Assembly (NCBI GenBank): GCA_973895155.1
Contig: OZ316897.1
Location: 770,515-834,514 of the forward strand
DNA length: 64,000 bases
Direction of reading: 5' to 3'
DNA from: Marsupella aquatica
Lineage: Eukaryota > Plantae > Marchantiophyta
A program made the position numbers and the translations under genes. The notes under the pieces were generated by a model. The model was not told where the DNA came from and ran no database searches. It saw only the letters and a list, made by a program, of their open reading frames with translations. The first letter of the stretch is position 1. Each line of letters starts with the position of its first letter. This document shows positions 13,343 through 27,019 of this stretch, piece by piece.

Positions 13343-16300
13343 TCATTGAAGGGAAACGGTAGTAAACTCACATGAAGGCTTTTTATTCTTGCGCATTTCT
13401 GGATTGGATTTTTGACGATCCACTGCCTCCTCTTGCTCCGTTAGAGGCACTCCAACGAACTCTGTCATCGTGTCTTCCGCATAAGATTTGAAGTACGGAT
13501 AGGATTCGGTCCCAAAGACCATCCGCCCACAGTTCTCACCAGCCTTAAAGATAGCCCCGAAGTGTGCATTGAACGTGACAACAGTTCCCCCTGGCTTAGT
13601 TGTATATTCTATTATACATTGGAGTGTAGCTGGAGACAAGGTGCCACCAAAATCATCAATGGTCTCATTCTGACCCATTGTATAGTTAGTTAGCCCGTTC
13701 CTCAACTTCATATCAAGCTCGACACTGATTGGCTTCATGTCATCCTTTGGGCATACCTCGGCAGACGATTTAAATCCCCAAAGGTCCAGCTTGAGATATT
13801 CACTCTAGACGTACAGAACAAAGTCAATGATGAGTCTTTCTGAGTACAAGTCACCGAAAGAACATAAGACAAGAATGGAGTTAAATCTATTAGACTTACC
13901 CACTTTCGAGTCGTGAAGTCGAAGGTGGGTGTGGCGTTCCAGATGAAAAAGGTGTCTTTCAGCACCCAATTGGTCTCTTCGTAATTGAGACTGTCACAAA
14001 GTACTGCGGAGTGGGCAACCGAAGCACTGTGCACTATGCCAAACAATCCCTCATCATCGAGGAAAACTCGCGCAAAATCCTCAACCCGACTGAGGTCGTC
14101 TGGCCGGAACAAATTCCACAATGGGATGTTCCCATCCGCGTGCATGCGGGTGTCTGATCCCATTTGAATCAGAATCAGATTTGCACCAGACCTTGCAGGC
14201 TTCCCGTTCTTTAGCCAGCCTTCTGCAGCCAAACCACCCCGCCTAAGCTTTCTGCACCAGTCTCTAAAACGGAGTACCACAGCCAGTTCTTTACTGTCAT
14301 TGGCAGCGTCAAAGTAAGTTTTGAAAAGATACGGAGACCATTTAAAATAACAATGCCTGAGCGGGGAAGAAAAGTTATCGGCGCTTGAACGCCGAACTCC
14401 AACCACCTCTGTGCCATCCGACTCCGGTTCGCCTTCAACGTCCTCTTCGTAATTTGGGCCATCCGTTGGGGCCTCATGTTGGATTGTCGTGGGCGGAACC
14501 TCTATTGGGCTGGGCGGGGGTTGTGGTATGGTGCTAGGCGGAGGTTGCTCTATGGGGCTGGGCGGAATGTCTTCAAGCTCAGTGTCACGTGCTTTTGCGC
14601 GGCGAGGTTTGGGCCTCGTTGTTTTGGTCTTTTTTGCAGCCTTTGTCTTTGGCCTTGAGGATAATGGCATCCGTTTTGGCGCCGGAGTATCAGACTCACG
14701 CCCCTCTTGTTTGTCTTCTCCTTCGTCCTCTACCCGTTCGTCTTCTCCTTCGTCCTCTACCCGTTCATCTTCTCCTTCGTTATCTACCCGTACGTCGTCT
14801 GAATGATCCCCTCCTTGGGTTGCGTTCTCTCCCTGGGATGCGTCATGCTCTTGTTCCTGCTCGCTTTGTTGGTCCAGAGGCTGGTCTACCATTGGCTCTG
14901 TCGAAGGCTGCACGCTTTGTTGCTCCACTTGCTGGTTGCCTTGTTGTAGTGTAGCCGGCTCTATCATTGGTTCTGCAGTTGGTTCTGTAGCCGACTCTAT
15001 TGTTGGCTGTGGAGCCTTCTCTATAATTGGCTTTGAAGCCACTTCTACAGCCTTGCTTTTTACAGAACCTGGTTCCTCCGGTATCTCCTTCATACCTGGA
15101 TAGATTGCAAAGCAATGGGGTTATTGATCCTAAGCTTCTTCGCGAGCCTCGCCGACATGACATCCAGACACTTGACATTATACTTCATCTGCAAAGGTCC
15201 GAACGACATTTGGCTGTTCTTCTCAGCGAGCCTCGCCGAGATGAGATCCAAGGGTTCGGACGAGATGCGACTGAAACTTGTTTGTTCTCAGCGAGCCTCG
15301 TCGAGATGAGATGCAGTCTATCTCAACGACCCCAAAATTGGTTTAGTACTATGTTAGCAAACCCAGCCAAGATGTAGTTCCAAATGAAACCACTATGTAG
15401 TGCGAAAGGAATCGAGTAATACCTGATGTTTTTCTTGGACTGGTTAGCGAGTCAGACTGACTGATGTCGCTCGATGGTTCCTTCTCAACCTTCCGTTCAC
15501 CTTCTTTTCTGGCCTTCTTCCCGTCATAGGCAGGGTCAGTTGGGATAAGGGTCTCCACCTCTGTTGCCTCCGTTATTGAATCTGACAGTTGTCGCAACTT
15601 TGTTATATCGTAGTAATTACTAGGTTCCTGTGCTTCTTTGAGCAGGTCTGCACTATCCTTCTCGACAACCTCGAGAAAAGTGTTCCAATTGTCATACTCC
15701 ATGTACCATGGGCAGTTCCTCCGTTCCCAATCCGAGAATACTCTGCCATGAGGCATGCGACCATCACATGGATACATGCTAAGGCTACCTGTAGCCTCCA
15801 TCCAAGATCTAATCGCCAATGGTAGTTGTTTCAACATTGTTGCATTCATGTTCTCCTGATGTATGAGAAATCTTGTCACGCACCGCTTTGTTCGCTTAAT
15901 CCACGCTTCCCGAAACGCCAATTTGGTATTCCCTTCATTCCAAATGTCACCGCCTACTTTTAAGGATTTCTCTTGCACATAAGATCGGTAAAGCTTTCTA
16001 TAAAGCTCAGCAAATTCCTCTCGCGTTCCGCTAAAATTGCCAGGCTGGTAGGCCTTCTCAGCAAAATTGGTCAACAAGATACAACCAACGTAGTCGATGT
16101 AACACCACATTGACCACACTGCTAGCCATGATCTAACCGCTGAATCACTATTGCTATGTGGATGGTGATACCTACTCCTATCTTCCTCCGTTCCAAATGA
16201 GCCTTCAAGAGTTTTAATCTGCACTCTGCAGTTAACCAAGCCCCAGAAAACAAGCGGATCCGATCCAATCCAACCTGCACATTCATGACACCCTGCTTGG

Positions 16301-17582
16301 CCTCCTTTGCCAACTTGTGATAGAGCTGTCGACATGCCGGGATGAATTCCAAACCATTGGCTGGATTCACGCAGGCCGCGAGCTTGGGGAACTTAGTGTC
16401 CCAGCTCTTGCACGCAGCAGTAATCATTGCCTCAGTCTCATGCTCAAGTCTCTTGGCATTCCACGGGTGCCCACGACCTGCGTCTTGTGCCATTTCCTTC
16501 GAAATATTGATTCGCCCCGCTTCAATGTTTGACCAGCTCATGATGTACACAGCTGCCTCTTTTGTCATGTTCTTGGAGTACCAAGTTTTCCCGTGGCCAC
16601 AATTTTGAGCCTTGAGGAAACCCTCCAGCGTCTCCTTGGACATAAGCAAACTGTACTCCTCCAATGGAGTGTTCAACAGCTTCGCCACCCGATTGGCGTC
16701 ATTGAACCATGATGTCCTCACGACAGTCGCGCTTATCCTGGACACGGCAAAGAATGTTCTTAGGTCTAACATTCAAACAGGGCAATCTTTGACAGATTGC
16801 CAATAGGGTATTCACACAAGGGAAACGATATTGTATACCTGTTGTTGCAAAATGTGAGTTACTTACGAGTTCAGAGCGTGCATTGCTTGCTCAACCTTCT
16901 TGAATCCGTCCTTTCCAGCGTTCAAAAGAGAGAATCTAACACATGGATGGTACTGCGGTTGATCTGGAAACTCCTCCGCAACTGCAGACCAAGCTGTGTA
17001 CCTATGGTTTCCGTCAAAAACCCAAAACATCTTGTCCTTGAGCATTTTGAAGTCCTCTGACGCATCGCACTCTTGCTCAAACTGCTCATTGATTTCAGTC
17101 CACAACGAGTCCCAATAGGGCTTGAACTCTGCCACTGTCCTTGTCTCCCCTGCTTCATTGAACTCAGTGATGTGGAACTCGCTGAGCTTTACAACATAGC
17201 CGCTCTCTCTGAATCCTTTTTTTAGTTTGACCACTGACTCATCATGAAGATTCCTGACGGCCTCCATTGGCATGAGCCGGCATAAGGGGATCTGGGGAGG
17301 ATCCTTTTCAAACTTCGTCTCATACTTGGAGACGATCGACTCCCAAGCTCCCTTCTCTGCAATATCTGCTAATTCCGCTGCTCCTATTGGCTCGAACGAT
17401 ATTTGCTTTGGCTCAAACTTCCTCCTTGAGTCCACTGACTCCACAAGGGGACCACCTTGTGAGCGTGTTAGTCGAGATGTCACTGGCGAAGGGGACAAAG
17501 ACCGTTGTTTCTTACTCCGCTGAGAAGTTCTGCTATCAACAGGTCTAGCGATAGAACCAGCCGAGTCTTTCCTCTTCACCAT
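13343..17582 (-). pseudogene. Multi-exon ParB/Sulfiredoxin-like N-terminal domain + degenerate beta-class N4/N6 DNA methyltransferase-like C-terminal domain (element B); at least one frameshift
   Basis: N-term IPLCRLMPMEAVRNL..VVKLKKGFRESGY..FWVFDGNHRYTAW (ParB/Srx DGxHR motif). C-term ANLILIQMG..FARVFLDDEGLF, then IIEYTTKPGGTVVTFNAHFGAIFKAGENCGRMVFGTE, matching the II..T.PGD.VLDPF.GSG....A...GR..IG.E tail of beta-class MTases. Splice signals near 16866, 15422/15096 and 13900/13806. Confidence 0.65.
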
Positions 17583-18134
17583 TGTGATCTAAGATTACAT
17601 GAGAAAACATTCAAGAATTACTTCACAATAACCATACATCTCGACGAGCCCCGCCGAGCAAAAGTTTTGACATGTCGAGCTTGCAACATACATTCAAATC
17701 GTGTAGACAGTCATGCAGTGAACAAAAGATCCAACCTCAGAGATGGGTGAAGCGCCGTGCTTGAAACTACAACCCGCTGAGAGTGATTCGACCACCACCG
17801 ACTAAGACCTTCAAATCACCCTTTGCAGCACAAAGCTTGAAACTTCGAGAGTCGACCGCTGCCGAGCTCAAACCAAACTGAGACCTTCAAATCACCTTTG
17901 CCAACCAGCACAGAGCTTGAAACTACGAGACTCGACCGCCGCCAAGGTGAAGCCTTCAAAACACCTTCGCAAACCAGGGCACACGGCCACACTTGCCGAG
18001 AATAAGTGGAAGAGAGGAAAGCCAATGTGATTGGAAGACTGGGACGAAGAGCGGAGGGGACCTAGGAAGAGCGAGGATGCGTGAGGAATAACGGGGAGTG
18101 AATGAGACGGGGAGTGAAAGATGAAGAGTGAGGA

Positions 18135-18570
18135 AGCGCAGGGATAAGTGAGAACGACGTTGAAAGCCCTAACGAAGCGTGAAGAGCAAGAGTGACGAGG
18201 AAGAGTAAGGAAGAAGGACCCTCGTACCGCACGTACCGCACCGGTGACGAGGAAGAGTAAGGAAGAAGGACCCTCGTACCGCACGTACCGCACCGGTGAC
18301 GAGGAAGAGTAAGGAAGGACCCTCGTACCGCACGTACCGCACCGCACGGAAGTACTCCATGGATACGAGAGATCCCCGGTACCGCACCGCACACAAGTAC
18401 ATGGATACGGGAGATCCGAACTATACTAGAGAACGTACATCTTGTTAATTAACAGGCCAAACAAGAAAGTACGCGGCCAAACAAGAAAGTACGTAAGGTT
18501 CTAGGGTTTACGGCCCAGTACGGGGGTATGAGATTTAGGGTCCAAATCTCAAAGACCCTTGCCAACAATT
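18135..18570 (-). promoter_or_regulatory. Putative promoter module upstream of the B ParB-MTase gene; inverted copy at 39258-39561
   Basis: The reverse complement aligns with 39258-39561 (gtactttcttgtttgg, aacaagatgtacgtt, cccgtatccatg, cttcttccttactcttcctc, ttctcacttatccctgcgctt). Contains telo-box-like motifs and a 51-bp triple repeat. Confidence 0.6.
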
Positions 18571-19738
18571 AATTGCGGCCCATACTGAGACGTGTCAACA
18601 TCTCAGAGCCTCGTCCCAAAGAGGGAATGGGGGCCCACAATACGAGTCCAAATCTCAAAGACCCTCGTCGAGAATGGAACGATGAGCAAGGAAATAAAAA
18701 TAAATCTATAGATAAATTATTTGCTTTTCTCCCTATCGAAACGGAGAGTAGAAACAAGCAATCTATAATTAATCCGAAAAATAAAATTCCTTTAGTTCTT
18801 TTTGGTTCCCTACCTTCAATAGCGGGCCAATACTGAGACGTGTCAACATCTCGGAGCCTCGTCCCAAAGAGGGAATGGGGGCCCACAATACGAGTTCAAA
18901 TCTCAAAGACCCTCGCCGAGAATGGATAGCGGGATTGACAAAGACCTCTAAACCCTAAACCTATATACCCTTGGGTGGGGTATACAAAGCTGCAATGAGA
19001 CAGCACCGATAGATCTCGGAGACCCTCTCCGAGATGGCGTGGTGTGCCACATCTGGCAGTCATCCTGTTTTGAGACACTCGCAAAAGAGGATTGTGGACA
19101 AGGAAGTTGACAATCTAAATCCAAAAGACCCCTGCTCCATGTCAGAGACCCTCACCAACATAGAAAGGCGTGCCCCAAATGTCTTCACTTTATCTAGGAG
19201 ATGAAGAACTTCAGACACCTTGTACTCTCGGAGACCCTCTTCGAGAAGGAGTAGTGTGCATGAAATGGCAATGCCTCTAAACTCTTGGACCATATCACGG
19301 GAGGAAAGGTAAGGTAGATCAGGCATCGTGTCTCTCGGAGACCCTCTCTGAGATGGAATTGAGAGGCACTAGTCTCCCGCCGTGGGACCCAAGATGTCGG
19401 AGACCCTCGCCGAAATTGGGACTATGTACGGACCCTTACAATTATCCGTAAAAAACGACTCGGCAACTCCAAATTGGGCGTTTTTTCCTCTACAATGCTC
19501 GAATATATCTCAGAGACCCTCACCCAAATGGGATTATGGAACTAGAAACGCTTCTCCGTACCATGAATCCAATTTTTTTTGCAAATATCCGTACAGACCG
19601 GCGTTTTCTCTCTTTTACAATGCTCGAATATATCTCAGAGAGGCTCGCCGAGTATGATATGCACTCCAGACAACCGACACCAAACTCTGAAGTAGACCTG
19701 CGCCAAGGAGGCAATCTGGGAATCCTACATCCAAATCC

Positions 19739-20880
19739 ATCTCAGAGACCCTCGCCGAGTAAGAGACGGAATCAAAATTTGATGATGCTCCGACTCGGAG
19801 AGTCGATGTTGAACAGTCAATGTTGCAAAAACAACAAATCTCCTACTGAGAAACTCTCGCTTGCACAGGAGTGTGGGCCCCAGGTGTCCCGAATAGATCT
19901 CAGAGACCCTCGCCGAGTAGGAGTAGGGATAAAAAGTCGATGATGCTCTGACTCGGAGAGTCGATGTTGAACAGTCAATGTTGCAAAAACAACAAATCTC
20001 CTACTGAGAAACTCTCGCTTGCACAGGAGTGTGGGCCCCAGGTGTCCCGAATAGATCTCAGAGACCCTCGCCGAGTAGGAGTAGGGATAAAAAGTCGATG
20101 ATGCTCCGACTCGGAGAGTCGATGTTGAACAGTCAATGTTGCAAAAACAACAAATCTCCTACTGAGAAACTCTCGCTTGCACAGGAGTGTGGGCCCCAGG
20201 TGTCCCGAATAGATCTCAGAGACCCTCGCCGAGTAGGAGTAGGGATAAAAAGTCGATGATGCTCCGACTCGGAGAGTCGATGTTGAACAGTCAATGTTGC
20301 AAAAACAACAAATCTCCTACTGAGAAACTCTCGCTTGCACAGGAGTGTGGGCCCCAGGTGTCCCAAATAGATCTGAGAGACCCTCGCCGAGTAGGAGTAG
20401 GGATAAAAAGTCGATGATGCTCCGACTCGGAGAGTTGATGTTGAACAGTCAATGTTGCAAAAACAACAAATCTCCTACTGAGAAACTCTCGCTTGCACAG
20501 GAGTGTGGGCCCCAGGAGTCCCGAATAGATCTCAGAGACCCTCGCCGAGTAGGAGTAGGGATAAAAAGTCGATGATGCTCCGACTCGGAGAGTCAATGTT
20601 GAACAGTCAATGTTGAAAAGTCAACAAATTTCCTACTGTGAAACTCGAGCTTGCACAGGAGTGTGGGCCCCAGGAGTCCCGAATAGATCTCAGAGACCCT
20701 CGCCGAGTAGGAGTAGGGATAAAAAGTTGATGATGCTCCGACTCGGAGAGTCAATGTTGAACAGTCAATGTTGAAAAGTCAACAAATTTCCTACTGTGAA
20801 ACTCGAGCTTGCACAGGAGTGTGGGCCCCAGGAGTCCTGAATAGATCTCAGAGACCCTCGCCGAGTAGTATGGATAAAAA
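19739..20880. repeat. 158-bp tandem repeat (~7 copies) between the divergent ParB-MTase and transposase genes of B
   Basis: Period of 158 (ORF starts 20029, 20187, 20345); each unit carries ctcagaga-ccc-tcgccgag and ctccgactcggag. Confidence 0.95.
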
Positions 20881-21229
20881 GTTGATGTAGGGCAAAGAGG
20901 GGATCGGGCCCGCACGAGGGATTGTGGGCCCGCACGATGGGACTTTCAAGACCACGACGTGCAGAATGTACCACATCCACACATTGCAGAAATGTACCTT
21001 CTTGGCGGCTGTTGGCAATTAGGTACCTTCTTTGCGGTACAATTCTCGTCGTTGCGGGTCATACGCTCGTTCTACGCACGTTGTATCGTTATAAGTAGCG
21101 TTCCGGGTCATACGATTTCTCTACGCACGTTGTCCGGAACGGTATTCTTGGCCGTAACTAGTACGTACAGGTGCGTTAACGCTGAGCCTCAAAGTTTGTC
21201 GTTTTAAGGGATGTCAGATCATTCCCTAT

Positions 21230-24200
21230 GTGGATTCGGGAAACATGGCCTCTCTTGTGATTATCACATCTTTAACGGGGGATGTAGTTGTTTTTCGTAA
21301 TTCTAACGTTGACATTGTCCGAGTGACTAAGGAACATGAAGTAGCGAGCCGTTTTGGTTTGAAGGTAGGGGATTTCATGATTTATGAGGAGAGCGAGGAC
21401 GGGTTGTCCACGTCTGCTGAATCCAAAGGAGATGGAGATGAGCGAGAGTGGTACCTGAAGTATGGCGCGTCTTATATTCTCTGCAGAAAGACGGGGTGCA
21501 TACCAAGTGCACACCATGTCAAAGAGGGTCTCCGACATGACGAACCTTCTTGGACGAGTACCCCTCGGTCGAATTCATTTCGAATGTGGGAGGATCGCGG
21601 AGATGGTGATACTCCACCAAAGGAGACACCTCGATCTAGTGGGATTCATGTCAGAGGGGGTCTCCGAGATGGTGAACCTTCACCAATGAATACACCTCAG
21701 TCAAACACATCCCAATTCTGGGAGGATCGTGGAGCTTGTTATCGTCAACCAAAGGAGACACCTCGTTCAAAGGCATCCATCCTCCGTGAGGGTCTCCAAG
21801 ATGGTGATTCGGTATGGAAGGATGAGTTCCTTGTCAGTGTTGTTCATGCCATGTTGCACGGAAAAGGGACCTCTCGTTGTGTACAAGCTGCTCGTAAGAT
21901 TTTGAGCATGAAATTGCCCGAGAGAGTTCTGCGATTGCCAGAATTCTATGATGGAGACCATATTTTTGAGTTGCCACCCTTTACTGGTCCATACTCTAAG
22001 GGTTGTTTCTTCTTTGGGATGGAGCGCAAGAACGATTGTTACATGTGGAGCCGGTTAATTGAGACGGGAGCAAACATTGGCCCAAAGCTGAACAACAATA
22101 GTCACTCGTACAAGATCCAAATCGTCAAGTGTTTGGGTTCTCTGCGATGTCTGCATGAGGATTGTGAAAATTTTCAACAACGACAAGAGCACAATTCTGC
22201 AAAGTGGACCCGAGATCGAGCAGGCACAAATGAGCTACCTTTCCCTGTTGGACGCGATGTTCCCCCGTCGAGTGTAATTTGTACGTACTGCAAGAGGCCT
22301 CCCAGGTGTATAGCTCGATGCCCAAGTGAGATGTACTATATCACTCCAACCAAGGATGACGTGAATTATTGTCACAAGTCTCGTGTTGCAATGCATATAG
22401 GAAATCACACCCATCCTGCAATGTTCACGCATAACAAGGATCAACGATCAGTTGTGCGCAATCTTGTGGAGGTGGAGCTGAAGAGGAGTCCGACTGCTTT
22501 GCCGTCTGTTATCAAGGGCGAGGCAATACAGAAACTTAAAGATATCCTTGAAGACCCAGTGGCTGAAATGGTGACATCTGAGGAGGCAAGAGACCTTAAT
22601 GAAATGTTGTCCATCCTCGGTGATGAATCCGTTTTTCGCTCTATGATCAGGAGCATCAAGAAGTACAGTCATGTGTTGTCTGATCTTAACATGATACTGG
22701 AGATGCGGAAGGTGACTGCCTTTCCGTTTATCCAAAGTGTTTTGTTCCCATCCCAGAACGTGGGAACAGACGAGCGACCGCACATTTTTAAAATGAGTAC
22801 AGAAGGTCCTGGTTCCGGGGTGGACCTTGTTCGAAGAATGCAGCTAGGCGGGGATCTCGAGCATTCACGGGTGATGTCTGATGTGATGCATCGTATACTT
22901 GACAACAAATGGTGCACCATGTCAGCACACGTGTATGACCATTTCTATCGGGGCCTGTGCACAATCTTTGTTTGTGAGCTGGTTTCAGAAGATAGTGCGA
23001 CATTACAAACTGCATGGAAGTCATGAGGAGGGTGTGTGGAGAACATGGGCTTATCAATGTTGAATTTTGTGGCTTTATGGCTGATAATGCTGCTGCTGGG
23101 TGGAATGCAATCCGCAATGAATTTTGGGATGGAAAGGTAAATACCCATAGAGAGAGGTCTGATGCGTTTCACTGGGCCCAATCAGTGGAGAGGGTGCAGA
23201 AGCACATTGTCCCACAGAAGAGATTTGAGCATAAGGAAATTCTAGATTCGCTTCGACACGCCGGCAACATAGTTCTTGCATTTCGAGTTTTTGAGAAGCT
23301 TAAGACGTGGTGGAGCAAGGGCAACGCGCTACCCGGAAAAGCGAAGGAGCTCACAATGTGGATGTCTTGGTGGATTGTTCGGTTTTCTCAATGGGGAAAT
23401 TTTTTGAGACTCGTAAGTGTCTAACGCTTTTCCTCTATATGCATGAAATCCGTCAAATCTCGGCGAAGCTCGCTGACATGGGGTCAGTTGAAGGGATGTT
23501 CAATTGGACGACCTCTGTCTGTAACGCTTTCTATCAAATATCGGCGGCGGTCGCCGAGATATGTTTCCAATTGTATTGACATTCTTCTTGGAAATTGTAG
23601 GAGATGGACAGAGAAAAGGCTGCGCTGATGCCTAACCACAGCGGGGCAGAGTAAGTGCATGCGGTCATGCGGAAATGGTCCTCTAATAGAAAGGTTGGGT
23701 TAGTACAGTCCTATAACTTAGATGCAACTCGAGCATTGAGCCAGGTTGCATCTTTGGAGCACTACCAACATAGTGGGAGGAAAGGGCGGGGACCGAGCCT
23801 ATTTGAACTCCGACTTCGAGACGCTACTGCTGTTGGGAATGTGGAATCTTTCTTTTCAAAATTGAACACAGTTGTAACTCAACCAGAATTGCGTAAGTTC
23901 TCGTCGGCGGACCCACTTAGCGGAGATGTAGAAATGGTTTCTATGAAGCGTGGGAAGGCCGTATCTGGCGCTCATGTGGTAGTAGAAGATTCACACAGGC
24001 CTGACATTGTTTTGGTAACGAGACCAAAGAAGAGGAAGTTCAAGGGGGTTGCAAACAGGGACGCAACCTTAAAAAGCACAGATCCTGAAGTTGTGGATCT
24101 GTCTTCTGATGGCGGTAGTGGCTCGGGCGAGCCTGAAGTTGTCATTGTGGAACCTCTCCAACGGACGACAAGGTCAACCCCACGTCCGGAGCCCGTCAGA

Positions 24201-25075
24201 AGACATGTTCAGGAAACTGATTTGGTGCCAGGGACGTTATTTCTGGCCTGCATCTCAACATGTGGTAAGAGTCCTGGTTGTAGAGGTCCGTTCAAAGGCA
24301 AGGAACGGGGAGTATGTGCTCGATTTATTAGAGAGGCAGGATTGAAAGTGAGCGGATTGGGTGTTGTTGGTATTTGTTGGCTGGCGGGGAGTAAATTTAA
24401 TGAACCAGGTGTTCCATATCCGTATTGGTTTTGTCCGAACAACCAGTGTTGCACAAAATCCTCTTTGCCTTTCATTACCGGCGTGCTACCACCACTGCCT
24501 TCAAAGTTTCCGGTCTCTCGTGGTACTAATCTTACAGAAGCAGAGGTTATTTTCCTGCACAACAATGGAGTGGATGTCATTTCTGGTGGTGATGTTATGA
24601 ATGAGGTAGTGCTGGCGACATCATCATGGATTTGAACACATACCTAGAGCGGCCAGATCCTACAAGGCCTGACGATCGTGGTACACTCTGCAATGGCCAG
24701 ACAAGGCGAAGGAGGTCAGACCCCCCCAAGGATGCATTAGCACGTATCCAAAATGCTAAGACCGAGGCCATTGTGTGCACGTCAATGAGGAGAATTGAAA
24801 CAGGGAATGCTACCGGCATAAGGCTCATGGTGAACAACACTAGCAGGGGGCGAACTTCAGTACATTGCGTCCAGATCTGTGTCTTCCCAAGTTGCTCCTA
24901 CAAGGATTTCATGTATAGGGAGTCGATGGGAAGAGCCTACTTCCCGTGCAAGCACTTGTACTGGTGCTTTGCAAACATCTATAAAAGGGACATTGACACG
25001 GATCAATGTGTAAACCAACCTATCTTGACTCTAACTGAGGTCCGCGGCCTTGTAGCAAATGCCAATATCGTCTGA
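21230..25075 (+). pseudogene. Mutator-like transposase of element B (GCM-like domain, DDE core, SWIM), disrupted
   Basis: GCM-like KCLGSLRC..C..CTYC..C..HIGNHTHP; MULE core MSDVMH..GFMADNAAAGWNAI..DAFHWAQSV..AE; SWIM-like CSYKDF..PCKHLYW. Lesions: frameshift ~23018, TAA at 23652, frameshift ~24630. Intron 23413-23600. Confidence 0.88.
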
Positions 25076-25412
25076 CATTGTATGTCGGCGACCCTCGCTA
25101 ACATTGTCTCCTTCAGGAGATCATCTTGGCGACCCTCGCCATGTCATCTAATCTTGGCGACCCTCGCCGACGTAACTCCTGAGTCATCTTGGCGACCCTC
25201 GCCGACATGGACTTCAGGGTTGCGGGCCTAGGGTTAGGGGGTTAGGGTTTATAATATGACCGTTATAAGTATAGGGTTACGGATTTATGTTGGCGAGGCT
25301 CAGATTTGACCCTAAACCCGCTTGGGTCCTTGGGATGAGGGTTGTTGCTTTGTTCGAAACTATCAACCTATTCATTAAAAGTGTATTTTCTTTTGTTCAC
25401 AAATGAGTCTTG

Positions 25413-25495
25413 AAATGTACACTTTCATGTCCCCAAATGTACACTTCAAGACACCCAAATGTACACTTTTGTGTCTCTAAATGTACACTTTATAG
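25413..25495. repeat. Left subterminal AAATGTACACTT repeats of element C
   Basis: Four copies just inside the left TIR. Confidence 0.85.
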
Positions 25496-25743
25496 GCCAA
25501 ATCACATTAATATTATATTAATAAATAATACATATTATATTATTTAATAACTCACATAGAAATGGAGGATAAAAATTTATAAAGTTATTTCATCCCCATT
25601 TAAGGACCAGATATTCTATGAACAAAATAACATCATTCCAAATAGATTATAAAATATCTTTATACAATTATCTGCAAATTTACATTGAATACGAACATGT
25701 TTCTAGTACTATCCAAGGGGCTTAACACAAGTCAATTAAATAT

Positions 25744-26877
25744 CTAAACCAAGTGCTCCCTACAATGTGTATTTGAGCATGTGCCCCTGTCTCCTTTCCT
25801 ATCTACCCTATTGTCACGGTTGCAACTCACTTTATTTTCAGGGAGTTGAAATCTGGTGGTGTTGTTCCTAATGGCTATAATCTCCCGCAAAAAGTGTCTG
25901 GGATTTTCTCTATATGGACCTGAATAGTCCTTTCCTAAAAATGATTTAGCAAGTGAGTTGACAAGTGCATTGTCAAGTTCCACCTCAGGACGTAAACTAC
26001 ATATACGGTGCTTTACATTCCAAGGGATCTCATTACTGTTGAGGTCCAACACACTATGTGTAAACTGTGACTTCCAAATTTTTGCTGCAAATCTCTTGCT
26101 AAGTTGATCATAAGTAATCTCATTTTTTGCCTTGTCTCTCTTCATGTGCAAAAGAGACCACTTTGGAGAGTTGAGAAGAAGATAGCATCGAATGTCACTT
26201 GCATGTGATAGTTTCTCAAGACATGGCCAAAGAATTGCTAGAAGAAAATTATCTCCACGATTGGCATGCGTGTAGGGCACTGGAAATAATCCGGTCATGT
26301 CTGGGTTGGCAAATGCCTTAAGGGGGGAGTCATCCACAAGGAGGGTGTTGGTTTCATCATATAGATTTCCAAATGCATTCCATACCACCTGAAAATCCTT
26401 CAGTAGCACATTTGCCTTTCCGTTTGTAATGTCACGCCTTTGAATGCCTGTGTCAAAGGCTTCCACCTGTGTGAATACAAACTTAAGTTTCAACCGCTCC
26501 TCAACAGTGAACATCATGTTCAGCATTTTCACTGTTCGTTCTACCCCAGCACAAGTCCAAATTGCAACGTCAAATCTGTCAAAAACCAACTTTAGAAACT
26601 CATGGAGCCCTGGTCGTTCTGTATACATGCGACTAATACCATTTTTTCTATCCCAATGCACTCCACTTGAGGTGACAATATTCCTGGATGTGCCCTTGTT
26701 TTGGAATTCAATAGAATCCCAAAGTATTTTATTAAGGTCCAAAATCAGCAACTTCCGCTTGACGGGACCAGGTCTCGATTCTGCAAGTGCACCAAACACC
26801 ATTCTCAGAGAAAAGACCAAAAGTGAACTTTGGATTAGGATTGTCTCAGTCCAAAAATACAACACAATGGCTGACAA
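25744..26877 (-). CDS. FCP1/NIF-family HAD phosphatase-like protein (cargo of C)
   Basis: KLLILDLNKILWD..ERPGLHEFL..FDVAIWT..LKDFQVVW..NTLLVDDSPLKAFANP. Motif I reads DLN rather than DLD. True start may be the ATG near 26802. Confidence 0.85.
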   Translation of the reverse strand: MSAIVLYFWTETILIQSSLLVFSLRMVFGALAESRPGPVKRKLLILDLNKILWDSIEFQNKGTSRNIVTSSGVHWDRKNGISRMYTERPGLHEFLKLVFDRFDVAIWTCAGVERTVKMLNMMFTVEERLKLKFVFTQVEAFDTGIQRRDITNGKANVLLKDFQVVWNAFGNLYDETNTLLVDDSPLKAFANPDMTGLFPVPYTHANRGDNFLLAILWPCLEKLSHASDIRCYLLLNSPKWSLLHMKRDKAKNEITYDQLSKRFAAKIWKSQFTHSVLDLNSNEIPWNVKHRICSLRPEVELDNALVNSLAKSFLGKDYSGPYRENPRHFLREIIAIRNNTTRFQLPENKVSCNRDNRVDRKGDRGTCSNTHCREHLV

Positions 26878-27019
26878 AAACGAAAATTAACCTACATACC
26901 GTTTTTAGAAGCCTCACAATGTGTAGACGGATATGGAGACTTTAATTGGTGAGCCCATTCTGTGAGACCGAGAAGTATTTTAGATTGATATGAATAAATA
27001 GAAAGTCAAAGGCTGAATT

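Noticed and set aside
12771-13375. ORFs over tandem repeats (also 19536-20980, 29439-30063, 31522-32002, 33346-34106, 40772-41762)
   Set aside because: They are translations of non-coding arrays, open in several frames and on both strands.
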